This document shows positions 20,636 through 30,009 of a DNA stretch of 64,000 nt, piece after piece. The stretch lies in IMG/VR virus record IMGVR_UViG_3300045988_091582. One strand, written 5' to 3'. How positions within the stretch are numbered: the stretch's first letter is position 1; each line of letters opens with the position of its first letter. A program made the position numbers and the translations under genes. The stretch is from a virus. A model generated the notes under the pieces. The model saw nothing but the letters and a program-made list of their open reading frames with translations, searched no databases and was not told the origin of the DNA.

Positions 20636-20674
20636 ATATTGTTGGCAACTAGCAGATAATTAGTTGCTATTTGG
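20636..20674 (+). promoter_or_regulatory. conserved hairpin element abutting tRNA-Leu
   Basis: ATATTGTTGGCAACTAGCAGATAATTAGTTGCTATTTGG; second copy of the 18115 element. Confidence 0.45.
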
Positions 20675-20756
20675 CTCAGTATCCGAATTGGTATAGGAGA
20701 TGGTCTTAAACACCATTGGACATGTGTCCGTACGGGTTCGAGTCCCGTCTGAGCTA
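20673..20756 (+). tRNA. tRNA-Leu(TAA), type II
   Basis: GGCTCAG/CTGAGCT acceptor; anticodon arm ATGGT-CTTAAAC-ACCAT; variable arm GGACA..TGTCC; T arm ACGGG-TTCGAGT-CCCGT. Confidence 0.75.
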
Positions 20757-20944
20757 CATAATTGATTATTTATTATGTTTTGAAAAATTAAAATCATTCA
20801 TAATTACTGTGAATTTGTGAAAATTTATAAGTAATGTAAAATTTTCGTTTTGTAGAAGATTTTATCTTTCTTTTAAACTCATATTGCTTGTGAAAGTAGT
20901 ATGAGTTTTTAAATAAGGCTATATAGCAATACTAGTATAAATAG

Positions 20945-21017
20945 AAATGTGTAGCTTAAAGCGGTAGAGCACTGACTAGGTAACCAGAGGTTGGCAGTTC
21001 GAGTCTGTCCGCATTTC
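20945..21017 (+). tRNA. tRNA-like gene, anticodon arm unresolved
   Basis: AAATGTG/CGCATTT acceptor; D arm GCTT..GAGC; T arm GGCAG-TTCGAGT-CTGTC; 17 nt between do not form a canonical arm. Confidence 0.35.
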
Positions 21018-21211
21018 CTTTTTCTATCATAAATTTTAATTTTTAAGTTATTAAAAATAAAAGAGTTTTGCTTGTGAAAGTAGAATTTTTTATCAAAATC
21101 AAAATGTGAAAACTTTAATAAGTCGGAGGACTTACAAAACTCAAAAAAGTGTGTCTTAGTGGCAGCTAGCAAGTAGGGAGGAGAGAATTAACGACTCTCA
21201 GACACATCTTC

Positions 21212-21284
21212 GGGCTTGTAGTTCAATCGGTTAAAACGGGAGACTCATAATCTCTTATTCTCGGTTCAATCCCGGGCGAGCCCA
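21212..21284 (+). tRNA. tRNA-Met(CAT)
   Basis: GGGCTTG/CGAGCCC acceptor; anticodon arm GGAGA-CTCATAA-TCTCT; T arm CTCGG-TTCAATC-CCGGG. Confidence 0.7.
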
Positions 21285-21375
21285 CTATTTCTTTTATTAT
21301 ATTATTCTATTTTAAAGAGTCTAATTAGTTAATCTAGTTAGGCTCTTTTTGTTTAATTAAATAACACATTAACAT

Positions 21376-21693
21376 ATGGAAAAAATAAATAAAATTATTG
21401 ATTCATTAAGTCCAGTAGAGCAACTTGTAATGTGTAATGCGTTACAAAAGAAGCTTAACAGAGGTCCTGAGTATACTATTAGGAAGAATGGAACTGGATA
21501 TTCCATTAAACCTAATGATAAGTATGAGAATGCCAATCATGGAACTGTATGCAATCTTGTTTTTGAAACTCCTGAAATGGCTCGTTTAGCTTATGCTATT
21601 TATTTAAATACTCAAAACAACTTGGTAGATATAATAGATAATATTAAATACGTGTTTAGACTTCTTAATATTGATTCAGAATGGGCAAAGTAG
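21376..21693 (+). CDS. hypothetical protein
   Basis: Track ORF 105 aa. Confidence 0.45.
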   Translation: MEKINKIIDSLSPVEQLVMCNALQKKLNRGPEYTIRKNGTGYSIKPNDKYENANHGTVCNLVFETPEMARLAYAIYLNTQNNLVDIIDNIKYVFRLLNIDSEWAK

Positions 21694-21890
21694 TATTACA
21701 AGTAAATGACATCTTTTCCCAAGCGTGGAGAGGATGTCAGAAACCTATGTGGTTTAAAATAGATAGAACTAATAACAGAATAGAAGTAGAGTGTCATTCA
21801 TTTGATGGTCTCAATGTATTTCCTGAAGTTTGGTCTTTAGATTCTACAGAAGCAGGATTTGAAATTGGTGACTATAAATTAGTTAAGTAA
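21681..21890 (+). CDS. hypothetical protein
   Basis: Track ORF 69 aa. Confidence 0.4.
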   Translation: MGKVVLQVNDIFSQAWRGCQKPMWFKIDRTNNRIEVECHSFDGLNVFPEVWSLDSTEAGFEIGDYKLVK

Positions 21891-21892
21891 TT

Positions 21893-22213
21893 ATGTGTTG
21901 GATTGAAAATATAAAAAAGTTGGATTTACAAATTGCTAATAGAGACATTGAAGTATATAAAATAGTATCAGATGCTAGTAAGCAATTTTGTAAATCCCTT
22001 ATTCAAGGGTTTATATATGAGGCTAATATAAGATATGAAATGGATGCTATGGAACTTGAAGAATCAAGTTTTGATAGTGCTTTTTGCCCTACTGATTTAA
22101 TTTATATTACAAAGGCTTATCATAGTTATACTAAGATACGCTTTACACTCAAGAAACCTTATGACCCATGTTCAACACCTGAATACAAGGGAATCATTGC
22201 AGGTAGCCTATAA
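21893..22213 (+). CDS. MCWI-family protein, copy 1 (C-terminus frameshifted)
   Basis: Track ORF 106 aa; after its stop the +1 frame encodes DNPYYVATFVIPKGSQYAVNWKGEIVSNQIIYTGRYLKL, matching the C-terminus of copy 2. Confidence 0.4.
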   Translation: MCWIENIKKLDLQIANRDIEVYKIVSDASKQFCKSLIQGFIYEANIRYEMDAMELEESSFDSAFCPTDLIYITKAYHSYTKIRFTLKKPYDPCSTPEYKGIIAGSL

Positions 22214-22341
22214 GGATTGATAATCCTTATTATGTAGCTACATTTGTAATTCCTAAGGGTTCTCAGTATGCTGTAAATTGGAAAGGCGAAATTGTTTCAA
22301 ATCAAATTATTTATACAGGTAGATATTTAAAATTATAGACT

Positions 22342-22779
22342 ATGTGTTGGATAGGTAAAGGTCCTGCTAAAATAGCAGAAAGAGATATTGTAGTGTATAA
22401 ACTTGGATACATGCTTGAGACTTCTAAAGAATTTCTAAGTTTATATCAAAGTTATGGGTATTATCCAAAAGGATTAAATAAAGTGATTACTTTAGTTCCT
22501 ATAACAGACGGAGTAAAATTACCTCAATTATTATCCTCTGATTTAGGAATAATTTACTCAGGTTATCATTCTTATAAAAGTATATCTCTACCTTTTAATA
22601 GGATGGGAATTTCTTCTAGATGTATCTTACTAGGTAATATTATGAAACGTATAAAGTTATATAATAATTATTATATAGGTACTTTCATTATACCTAAAGG
22701 TTCTGAATATTATGAAAATAAATGTGGAGAACTAGTTTCTTCTAATATTATTTACACAGGTAAATATTTAAAATTATGA
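22342..22779 (+). CDS. MCWI-family protein, copy 2
   Basis: Track ORF 145 aa; ends ...GTFIIPKGSEYYENKCGELVSSNIIYTGKYLKL. Confidence 0.5.
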   Translation: MCWIGKGPAKIAERDIVVYKLGYMLETSKEFLSLYQSYGYYPKGLNKVITLVPITDGVKLPQLLSSDLGIIYSGYHSYKSISLPFNRMGISSRCILLGNIMKRIKLYNNYYIGTFIIPKGSEYYENKCGELVSSNIIYTGKYLKL

Positions 22780-22994
22780 AAAAAGCATTATTAATTATAG
22801 GATTATTATTAACTGTTACTCTAGTTAATAGTTATAACTATCCTACTAGAAGTGGCTCTAAAGCACCAGCTTATGAGTATAAAACATTAGAAATAATGTA
22901 TGATTCTAAGAAACGCCCTCATAAGATAGTTATCTATAGTAGGCGGAGAGTAGGTATGGCGGCTGTTGATTTAGATGCAAATACATACAAATGA
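22776..22994 (+). CDS. small secreted protein
   Basis: Track ORF 72 aa; N-terminal signal peptide MKKALLIIGLLLTVTLVNS. Confidence 0.45.
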   Translation: MKKALLIIGLLLTVTLVNSYNYPTRSGSKAPAYEYKTLEIMYDSKKRPHKIVIYSRRRVGMAAVDLDANTYK

Positions 22995-23169
22995 TTATAC
23001 TTAAAGTATTGTTAGGGATAGTTATGATTGTATTATATATAATACTTAGAGTAAAACTATTAAATGAAACTCGAACTATATATAAAGCAGGATATTTCGC
23101 TGTAGGATTAGGAGTCTTTGCTATGATTTGGGCTGTTCTTTGGGCACTAAAATTAGCTAATTAGTTAGT
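22991..23169 (+). CDS. small membrane protein
   Basis: 59 codons MIILKVLLGIVMIVLYIIL...; two hydrophobic helices; ATGA overlap; ends in TAG; below track length cutoff. Confidence 0.3.
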
Positions 23170-23208
23170 ATGCTCCTTTTTATATTTAATACATTAACAA
23201 AATTAATT

Positions 23209-23556
23209 ATGGATGAACAAGAATTTTTTAATAAAATTAAAGAATTGCAAAAGCAACGAGACCTATTAAAGAAGGACGTTACAGTTTTAGAGTGTAAAAT
23301 TAATGAATTAAGAGATATACTAGAATTAAAATATATTAAAAAAGGATATTATACTAATAATCTTGGTTTATTCTGTAAAGTCTATGATATTAAAGGTGAC
23401 AATATACATGTGTATGAATTAGATACTACAGATTTACTAAGTCTTACAAAGGAAACCTATTATTGGAGATCTTTTGAAGAGACATATTACAAGAAATGTA
23501 CTAAAGAAGAGTATGATAAAGCTTTAGATTATATAGTTAAACATTTTAAAAGTTAA
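23209..23556 (+). CDS. coiled-coil protein
   Basis: Track ORF 23170..23556; probable start MDEQEFFNKIKELQKQRDLL at 23209. Confidence 0.4.
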   Translation: MDEQEFFNKIKELQKQRDLLKKDVTVLECKINELRDILELKYIKKGYYTNNLGLFCKVYDIKGDNIHVYELDTTDLLSLTKETYYWRSFEETYYKKCTKEEYDKALDYIVKHFKS

Positions 23557-23576
23557 ACATATGATACAAAAGAATT

Positions 23577-24014
23577 ATGGAAAGAAAATTAGGTGAAATA
23601 TTTACTTATAATGGTAAAATTTATCAGGTAGTAAAAGGTTTTTCATGTAAGGGTTGTGCTTTTATAAAGAATGGTTGTTGTGACTTAGTTAATGAACTTT
23701 TAGGTCCTTGTGATTATACTAAAAGAACTGATAAAACTAATGTAATATTTAAAGAAATAAATAATATGGAAATAAAGAATAATCAATTAACTATTGATAT
23801 TCCTGAAGGAATGGAGATAGATTTAGAAAATAGTGATTTAGCTAAAGGTATAGTTAGATTTAAGCAGAGTACTATTACTTATGAAGATACCTTAAAGCTA
23901 GACAAGAATTGTAAGAGTATAATTATCAATGAAAGCAATGCCTCTAAGTTAGTTACTTTAAGTAGACTAATGAATATTGCTAAATATTATAATGGGGATT
24001 GGAAGCCAAACTAG
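23577..24014 (+). CDS. Cys-rich hypothetical protein
   Basis: Track ORF 145 aa; CKGCAFIKNGCCDL..C Cys cluster. Confidence 0.45.
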   Translation: MERKLGEIFTYNGKIYQVVKGFSCKGCAFIKNGCCDLVNELLGPCDYTKRTDKTNVIFKEINNMEIKNNQLTIDIPEGMEIDLENSDLAKGIVRFKQSTITYEDTLKLDKNCKSIIINESNASKLVTLSRLMNIAKYYNGDWKPN

Positions 24015-24190
24015 AGTGATCAAAATGAATATAAATATTTTATTATATATAACGGCAATATCTATAAAGTAGATCATAATTGGACGACTATTTCTAATAA
24101 CATCTATTTTAAAAATAAAAAAGATGCTCAAGCAGTAATAGATAATCCTAATTTTAGAGATATTCTTGATGCCATTTATAAAAATTGATT

Positions 24191-24583
24191 ATGGAAACAT
24201 TAGAAGAACTAAAAAATAAATATAAGAAATTACAAGAAGAAAAAAATAATCTCTATAATAAAATTACAGCATTAGAAAATCAAGATAAACTTTCTAAGTT
24301 TACTGTTGGTGAATGTTACTTAGATACAAGACAAGATAATTTAATAAAAATTGTTTCAATACAAGGTAATTACGTATATTATATATGTTTAGACAATTTC
24401 TCTATTTGCAGAGAAAATTCTTGTCTACTTTACATTCAAGGCTGGAAAAAGATTACATCAAAACAGTTTAAGAATGCTTATCTTGCTGTAATGAAAGATA
24501 TTCAAGACCCAGACTTAGGAGATAGGATAGGATCTAATTGGAATACAGTTTATAACTCTATTGTAACTAGTGTTAATAGCTAA
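24191..24583 (+). CDS. hypothetical protein
   Basis: Track ORF 24185..24583; coiled-coil N-terminus. Confidence 0.4.
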   Translation: METLEELKNKYKKLQEEKNNLYNKITALENQDKLSKFTVGECYLDTRQDNLIKIVSIQGNYVYYICLDNFSICRENSCLLYIQGWKKITSKQFKNAYLAVMKDIQDPDLGDRIGSNWNTVYNSIVTSVNS

Positions 24584-24742
24584 TTATGAATACTAGATTA
24601 TCAGATTTAGAGCAACTAGTTTCTGAGATAAAAAAATTTAGACCTGATTGTAAAGTGGCTATCGATTACTTGAATAAAGTAATAGATAAACTTAAATATG
24701 AAGATATAATATACAATATGTTTTATTAAAATTAAGTAGATT

Positions 24743-25453
24743 ATGGAACAGAAACTTAATATAACAGAAATCTTGAAGAATAAACCAAGGGGTACTAAAT
24801 TGTATTCTATGATTCATGGTAAATGTAGTTCTGAAGCAGTAACAGATGAAATTTTTAAAATAAACTTCTGTACTTCAAAATTTGGTTTAACACAATCTGG
24901 AGAATGTACCTTAATTAAATTTGGTAATATGTATGATGGCGGAGAATGTATTATCTTCCCATCTAAGGAAATGCGTGATTGGTCTAAGTTCCAATGGGAA
25001 AAAGGTGATGTACTGATAAGTAATGATGGTGGCACAGAGGTTATCTTTGACAAATGGTACGATGATACTTATACAAGTTTTTATTGTAAGCATTACCTTA
25101 ACAGTGAAGATAAGAATAAAATCGTATATTACGAAGAATTCTTATGCACAACTGAAAGATATTCCCTTGAAGATAAGGATATTGCTCAGACCTACATTAA
25201 CACCATAGAGAAGCATTTGGGTGGCAAGCTCAATCTTGAAACTTTGGAGATTGAAAAGCCTAAGTGCGAGTTTAAGCCATTCGATAAAGTATTGGGGCGA
25301 AATGCGAAAGATGATGTATGGGAAGCTGACCTCTTTTCTCATTATAGAGAAGAATCACAATATCCTTTTCGGTGTATCGGATTTAGTCGTAAGTATTGTA
25401 TTCCTTACGAAGGTAATGAACATCTTCTAGGTACGACAGATAATTTTGAATAA
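24743..25453 (+). CDS. hypothetical protein
   Basis: Track ORF 236 aa. Confidence 0.5.
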   Translation: MEQKLNITEILKNKPRGTKLYSMIHGKCSSEAVTDEIFKINFCTSKFGLTQSGECTLIKFGNMYDGGECIIFPSKEMRDWSKFQWEKGDVLISNDGGTEVIFDKWYDDTYTSFYCKHYLNSEDKNKIVYYEEFLCTTERYSLEDKDIAQTYINTIEKHLGGKLNLETLEIEKPKCEFKPFDKVLGRNAKDDVWEADLFSHYREESQYPFRCIGFSRKYCIPYEGNEHLLGTTDNFE

Positions 25454-25564
25454 TACAACTTCCACGACACAGAATGAGCGAAAGTAAGTTAAGGCTTTAT
25501 GCCCATATACCTTCTTAGCCCCAGAACAATACTGGTCGTGGAGGTCACTATAAAACTTAAAAAT

Positions 25565-25690
25565 ATGATAGACGATAAGAAAATAGAAACTGTTGCAAAT
25601 GAATATAGTCAAGATAATTGTGGATATTCTTATAATATAAATAAACTTCTTGCTTTTAAGGCCGGTGCTAAGTGGGCTATCATATACTAA
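25565..25690 (+). CDS. small hypothetical protein
   Basis: MIDDKKIETVANEYSQDN...; part of track ORF 25499..25690; preceded by a long-range inverted repeat. Confidence 0.25.
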   Translation: MIDDKKIETVANEYSQDNCGYSYNINKLLAFKAGAKWAIIY

Positions 25691-25813
25691 ACTGATAGGA
25701 GAAATCGAATATAGTTTTATAACAGATGTTAATGATAGTATTAATTATTCAGATGCTATTAAAGAATACACATTTGCAGATGGAACTCCATTTGGTATAA
25801 GAGAAGAATAGTT

Positions 25814-26164
25814 ATGAGCAAAACAGATTTACATTCATCATTGCTTTTTCTAATGATTAAACTGGAAGAGGCTAAAAGCAATTCAATGTCTGACAAAAAC
25901 TTTGTTGCTGCATTAACAGATGTTCTCAGATATTTCCGTGATAATGGAGAATTAAAGAAAGCTTATGAAATCCAAAAGGATTCATTAACAAATATGGCTA
26001 ATAGTCCTTGGGCGAAATTAGTAATTGGTATGTTCACTTCAAAAGTACAAGAAGATAAAGTTGATGTAGAGTTGCCTGACATTGATGCTCTAATAAAAGA
26101 AAATACTTCTGATGAGTTTATTGAAAGGAAAATCAACGATATTCTAGGTATTAAAGAAAAATGA
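25814..26164 (+). CDS. hypothetical protein
   Basis: Track ORF 116 aa. Confidence 0.45.
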   Translation: MSKTDLHSSLLFLMIKLEEAKSNSMSDKNFVAALTDVLRYFRDNGELKKAYEIQKDSLTNMANSPWAKLVIGMFTSKVQEDKVDVELPDIDALIKENTSDEFIERKINDILGIKEK

Positions 26165-26310
26165 ACATGAATAATAACGATAATAACTTAGAAATCTTAG
26201 AAGAATTTACATACTCCATTCTCAAAGACCTAAAAAGTTTAGAACCAGATATATCTCAACTAGTAGATGGATATTTTTGGCATTTAGTAGTATAGAACTT
26301 AAAAAAATAA

Positions 26311-26610
26311 ATGATATTCTATAGATTTGGTGAAATTCCAGAAGATGCATGTTCATCTATATGGAACAATAATAATGAAGTAATAGGTAAAGAAAAGGGT
26401 GTGTCTGTTTATGAAGCTCATAAAAATATAAATGGAACATACTCTCCTGTTCTTCCATTTCCAACAAATGAGATGGCATTTAATGATTTTATATATAATG
26501 TAAAATACTTTACTGACAATAAATATCTAGTAACTGGTGATTTGTTAGATGAAACTGGTACTGATGGCGAACCATTAATTAAAAATGTAAAAATATTAAA
26601 AAAATTATAG
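26311..26610 (+). CDS. hypothetical protein
   Basis: Track ORF 99 aa. Confidence 0.45.
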   Translation: MIFYRFGEIPEDACSSIWNNNNEVIGKEKGVSVYEAHKNINGTYSPVLPFPTNEMAFNDFIYNVKYFTDNKYLVTGDLLDETGTDGEPLIKNVKILKKL

Positions 26611-26612
26611 TT

Positions 26613-27017
26613 ATGGAAACAGAAAATATAAATAACTATTCGGAAATGTCTATTGAGGACTTGGAAAAACTCAAAATAAAGTTTTTAAGTCAAAGAGACA
26701 ATTTAGAGAATACTATAGGAGAAATAGTAAGTAACATAAGAGCTAAAAAGATACAAGTTAATAATTGCGCTCTTAGAGAACATCCTTACTATAAAGATAA
26801 CACATCTTATCTAAAAGTAGTTATCAATGATGGTACTGGATATACTGTAACTAAAATCACTCCTGGTGGTAAATGTATAGGTATATACCAATTTAATGCA
26901 GATAATACTAACTTTTTAAAATATTATAAAATCTGCTCTCAATCTGAATGGGAAAGTGCCATAGATAGACTTAATATATGGTTTAAGGATGCTAGTTTAA
27001 AAATTAAAAAGTTATGA
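26613..27017 (+). CDS. hypothetical protein
   Basis: Track ORF 134 aa. Confidence 0.45.
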   Translation: METENINNYSEMSIEDLEKLKIKFLSQRDNLENTIGEIVSNIRAKKIQVNNCALREHPYYKDNTSYLKVVINDGTGYTVTKITPGGKCIGIYQFNADNTNFLKYYKICSQSEWESAIDRLNIWFKDASLKIKKL

Positions 27018-27253
27018 TTAAAGCAACAGAAGCAAAGACTATATCTAGGTCTGCTGTATTAGACCCACATATATTAGATCAAATAAGCTTTGCTATAATT
27101 AAAGAAGCTAGTCAAGGTAATTATGCAGCTTGGATTGGTCCTATACTTCCGCCAACTAATATTGACAAATATTATGATTACCTTAAAGAGTTAGGATTTG
27201 AGATTAGTCTTCGTTATAAGGGTGAATATGGAGTTTATGTAGTTTGGTGTTAA
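27014..27253 (+). CDS. hypothetical protein
   Basis: Track ORF 79 aa; ATGA overlap with upstream gene. Confidence 0.4.
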   Translation: MIKATEAKTISRSAVLDPHILDQISFAIIKEASQGNYAAWIGPILPPTNIDKYYDYLKELGFEISLRYKGEYGVYVVWC

Positions 27254-27272
27254 AAATAAAAAAATAAAAAAT

Positions 27273-27482
27273 ATGAATAAACTTTGGATATTACCAACAA
27301 TTTGTTTTATAATTGTTTTAGCTTGGTCAGTTCCTAGCTACTATTATCAGAAAGCAAAAATTCTGGAATTGCAAATAATTGTAGATAGACAGTCAAATGC
27401 TATTCAGCAACTTGAGAAGGAAAAGAATAATGCTGAAGTAACTATTCCACAGTATTTAGATAGCCTGCCTGGTGGTGATTAA
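27273..27482 (+). CDS. small membrane protein
   Basis: Track ORF 69 aa; N-terminal TM helix. Confidence 0.4.
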   Translation: MNKLWILPTICFIIVLAWSVPSYYYQKAKILELQIIVDRQSNAIQQLEKEKNNAEVTIPQYLDSLPGGD

Positions 27483-27590
27483 GTATCTATAATATGGATG
27501 CAGATATTCAATTTGTAATTCTATTCTTTATTATAATAGGAATATTAATTGTTTCTATGACTTTTTATTGTATTATATAAGTTAATTGTT

Positions 27591-28217
27591 ATGTATTTAG
27601 AAGGAGATAAATGGAAAAATTGGCACACTAAATGTTCTGATGCTGCCATTAAAGAGATCAAAAGTGAAGAAGATACTAAACTAAGTACTATATCAGTATC
27701 TAAATTACTTGAATATGCTCACACTGCACTACGTAATTGTGAGATTAATAATTTAGATCCTAATAAAGTTCCAGTATTTCTTACATTAGATCATAATAAG
27801 AACTTGTATTCTTATGTAGGATTATCTATATATAGTAGTAGTCAGTTAGGTACTTATGTAACTTTAGAGTCTTCAGATTATTATAAAATGTTCTATGTTG
27901 CTCCAGATTCTAAACCTGAAGTTGGGGAATATTGGAGAAGTAGAGGTGTAGGTTATGATTTGTCTGGTTTTGTAGTATCTAAACTATCTGGAGAACGTTT
28001 AACTAGATTAGTTAAATATGTATTAAATACAGATAAACCTCTGTCTCATCTAGATTACAGAGAATTTGAACCTGATTGGATTCAATTCAAGTTTCAAAAG
28101 GAAGAATTTAATTTGGAACTATTAGATAATCTCGCTAGAGAAAATGATGGTACAATTAATGAAAATATATTAAGACAATGTATGATTAATGATTCCGAAA
28201 AAGAGGCAGATTTATAA
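27591..28217 (+). CDS. hypothetical protein
   Basis: Track ORF 208 aa. Confidence 0.5.
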   Translation: MYLEGDKWKNWHTKCSDAAIKEIKSEEDTKLSTISVSKLLEYAHTALRNCEINNLDPNKVPVFLTLDHNKNLYSYVGLSIYSSSQLGTYVTLESSDYYKMFYVAPDSKPEVGEYWRSRGVGYDLSGFVVSKLSGERLTRLVKYVLNTDKPLSHLDYREFEPDWIQFKFQKEEFNLELLDNLARENDGTINENILRQCMINDSEKEADL

Positions 28218-28518
28218 TTTCTTTGATGACGGTAAATGTTCACCAAGCAGATTATATAAAGCTTATGTAAAGAAAGTAATTCCTTTTAATAAAGCTAATA
28301 TACATCTAAAGATACATTTAGTAAATAGTGCTCTTGATTATGATTGGATATGGAATGGAGATACTGATTATTTCATAGGTTGTTATATTCCTAAATATGA
28401 TAATCATCTTGTTTGGTTTGCAAGGACTAAATATGGTTCATGGTTTAGTATGGATATTCAATCTAATTGGCAAGGAGGATTGTTAGATGTCAATAGAGAT
28501 GTTCAATTTAGTTTTTAA
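28189..28518 (+). CDS. hypothetical protein
   Basis: Track ORF 109 aa. Confidence 0.45.
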   Translation: MIPKKRQIYNFFDDGKCSPSRLYKAYVKKVIPFNKANIHLKIHLVNSALDYDWIWNGDTDYFIGCYIPKYDNHLVWFARTKYGSWFSMDIQSNWQGGLLDVNRDVQFSF

Positions 28519-28601
28519 CATTAATTAAGTTTTAAATTATGAGTAATGAAGATAAAATAGATCCAGATAATTACAATTATCTGCGTTAGTATATAATTCA
28601 T

Positions 28602-28629
28602 AAAAGAGTTCTAACTTAGGACTCTTTTT
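28602..28629 (+). terminator. terminator-like hairpin
   Basis: AAAAGAGTTCTAACTTAGGACTCTTTTT. Confidence 0.4.
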
Positions 28630-29002
28630 AAATTGGGGCTAAACTAGTATTTGATTGTCTAGGAGATAAGAAACACAGCAAGACAGTTGGAAAGACAACA
28701 AAACAATAAATGCTAGAGTTATCAATATGACTCCTGCTTATCAGGCTGCCGCCTAATAAGTCGAGCAGCACTTGCTTAGGAACAGAAAGGTGCACTATTT
28801 TCCATTTCTTTATTAGTTCTCTGTATACTTTAGGAACAGAGTGGTGGAAGTTGACAATATATAAATCTTGTCAACCCTAACAGACAAGGACAGTCTTTAA
28901 AACCTATGCTGTAAGAACGTTTTGATGCAAATAGGCAAGACGACGGGGCAGTACCGTCTAGCTCCACTAGTTCATAGATTGTTTTTATTATTATTTGTTT
29001 TT
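28630..29002 (+). ncRNA. candidate structured non-coding RNA
   Basis: ~370 nt with no credible ORF, bracketed by terminators; internal hairpins GTTGACA..TGTCAAC and GACGG..CCGTC; somewhat higher GC. Confidence 0.3.
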
Positions 29003-29038
29003 AATCCCTGGGCTATTATTATAGTTCAGGGATTTTTG
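29003..29038 (+). terminator. rho-independent terminator
   Basis: AATCCCTG..CAGGGATT stem followed by TTTTTG. Confidence 0.55.
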
Positions 29039-29058
29039 TTTAATTTTAACTGTTAATT

Positions 29059-29904
29059 ATGGGAATTTTTAGTAATTTTTTAAAAGAAAACAAAAAAGAA
29101 CAAAAGCCTTTAATAACTATAGATAAAGAATTATCTAAGTTAGCGGTAGATTTAGTAGTGGTTTCAGAAGGCACAGCATTAGTTCCTTTAAAATCTAATG
29201 ATTTGTCTGGAGAATATGCCAGATTATGTGGATTAGGATTAGACAATAGTGCAAATGCCAAATTCTTAAAAGACAGAATGCGTGATATTGATGCATATAA
29301 TAGAAATATTATAAAAGCTCGTGAGTTATTAAATTATATAAAGACTGTAAATGAGTTTTTAGGAGACTCTGTTATATTAGTTAGTAGACCTTCTTTTTAT
29401 AAATTATGCCGTAAGTATGAATTATCTATTGGACGTCTTGAACAGTTTACTGGAGTTATACCTGATGATAATTTAAAAGAATTATCTGATATGGATAATT
29501 ACTCTGGTTATGTAAAATTAGACACAAACAAAAATATGGTGAGAATTATAAAAATATATAACACCAGTGATAAGAGTGATTCTGATATTCGTAAATGCCT
29601 AGATTATAACTTTAATATTGTTCCAGGTCATGGTACTGTATATAATATGAACTATATTGAAGGGTTTGAAAATGAGAAATGGGCTGAAGCAGTAGGTTTA
29701 GATGTGCATTATATGCGTAGGGACGAAGTGTTTATAGCTTGTCCAAAATCAAATCTACAAGAGAAAGTAGTTATAGTTTCTCACCCTGTAGACCCAATAA
29801 TATTTCAATATTGTCCTTTTGGAGTATTGATATATACTATGTGGGGAAAAGAAGCTGAAGATAAAGTATTTGAAGAATATAAAAAGTTAAGAGCTATAAA
29901 ATAA
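29059..29904 (+). CDS. hypothetical protein
   Basis: Track ORF 281 aa. Confidence 0.5.
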   Translation: MGIFSNFLKENKKEQKPLITIDKELSKLAVDLVVVSEGTALVPLKSNDLSGEYARLCGLGLDNSANAKFLKDRMRDIDAYNRNIIKARELLNYIKTVNEFLGDSVILVSRPSFYKLCRKYELSIGRLEQFTGVIPDDNLKELSDMDNYSGYVKLDTNKNMVRIIKIYNTSDKSDSDIRKCLDYNFNIVPGHGTVYNMNYIEGFENEKWAEAVGLDVHYMRRDEVFIACPKSNLQEKVVIVSHPVDPIIFQYCPFGVLIYTMWGKEAEDKVFEEYKKLRAIK

Positions 29905-30009
29905 TTATGGAAGAATATATTAATAACTCTATTAAAATAATTGATGATATGTTACACAACATAGACATTCTTATAAATTTATTAAAGTAATTATTAAACA
30001 TTTATTAAA

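Noticed and set aside
20909-21172. Minus-strand track ORF across the tRNA array
   Set aside because: It overlaps a tRNA-like gene and hairpin elements. The translation is low-complexity.
24814-25612. Cluster of short overlapping track ORFs on both strands (24814, 24911, 25023, 25142, 25221, 25427)
   Set aside because: All are nested in or antisense to gene 24743-25453 or the adjacent intergenic repeat. Their translations are not protein-like.
29046-29261. Minus-strand ORF overlapping the start of gene 29059-29904
   Set aside because: Antisense to a well-formed 281-aa gene.
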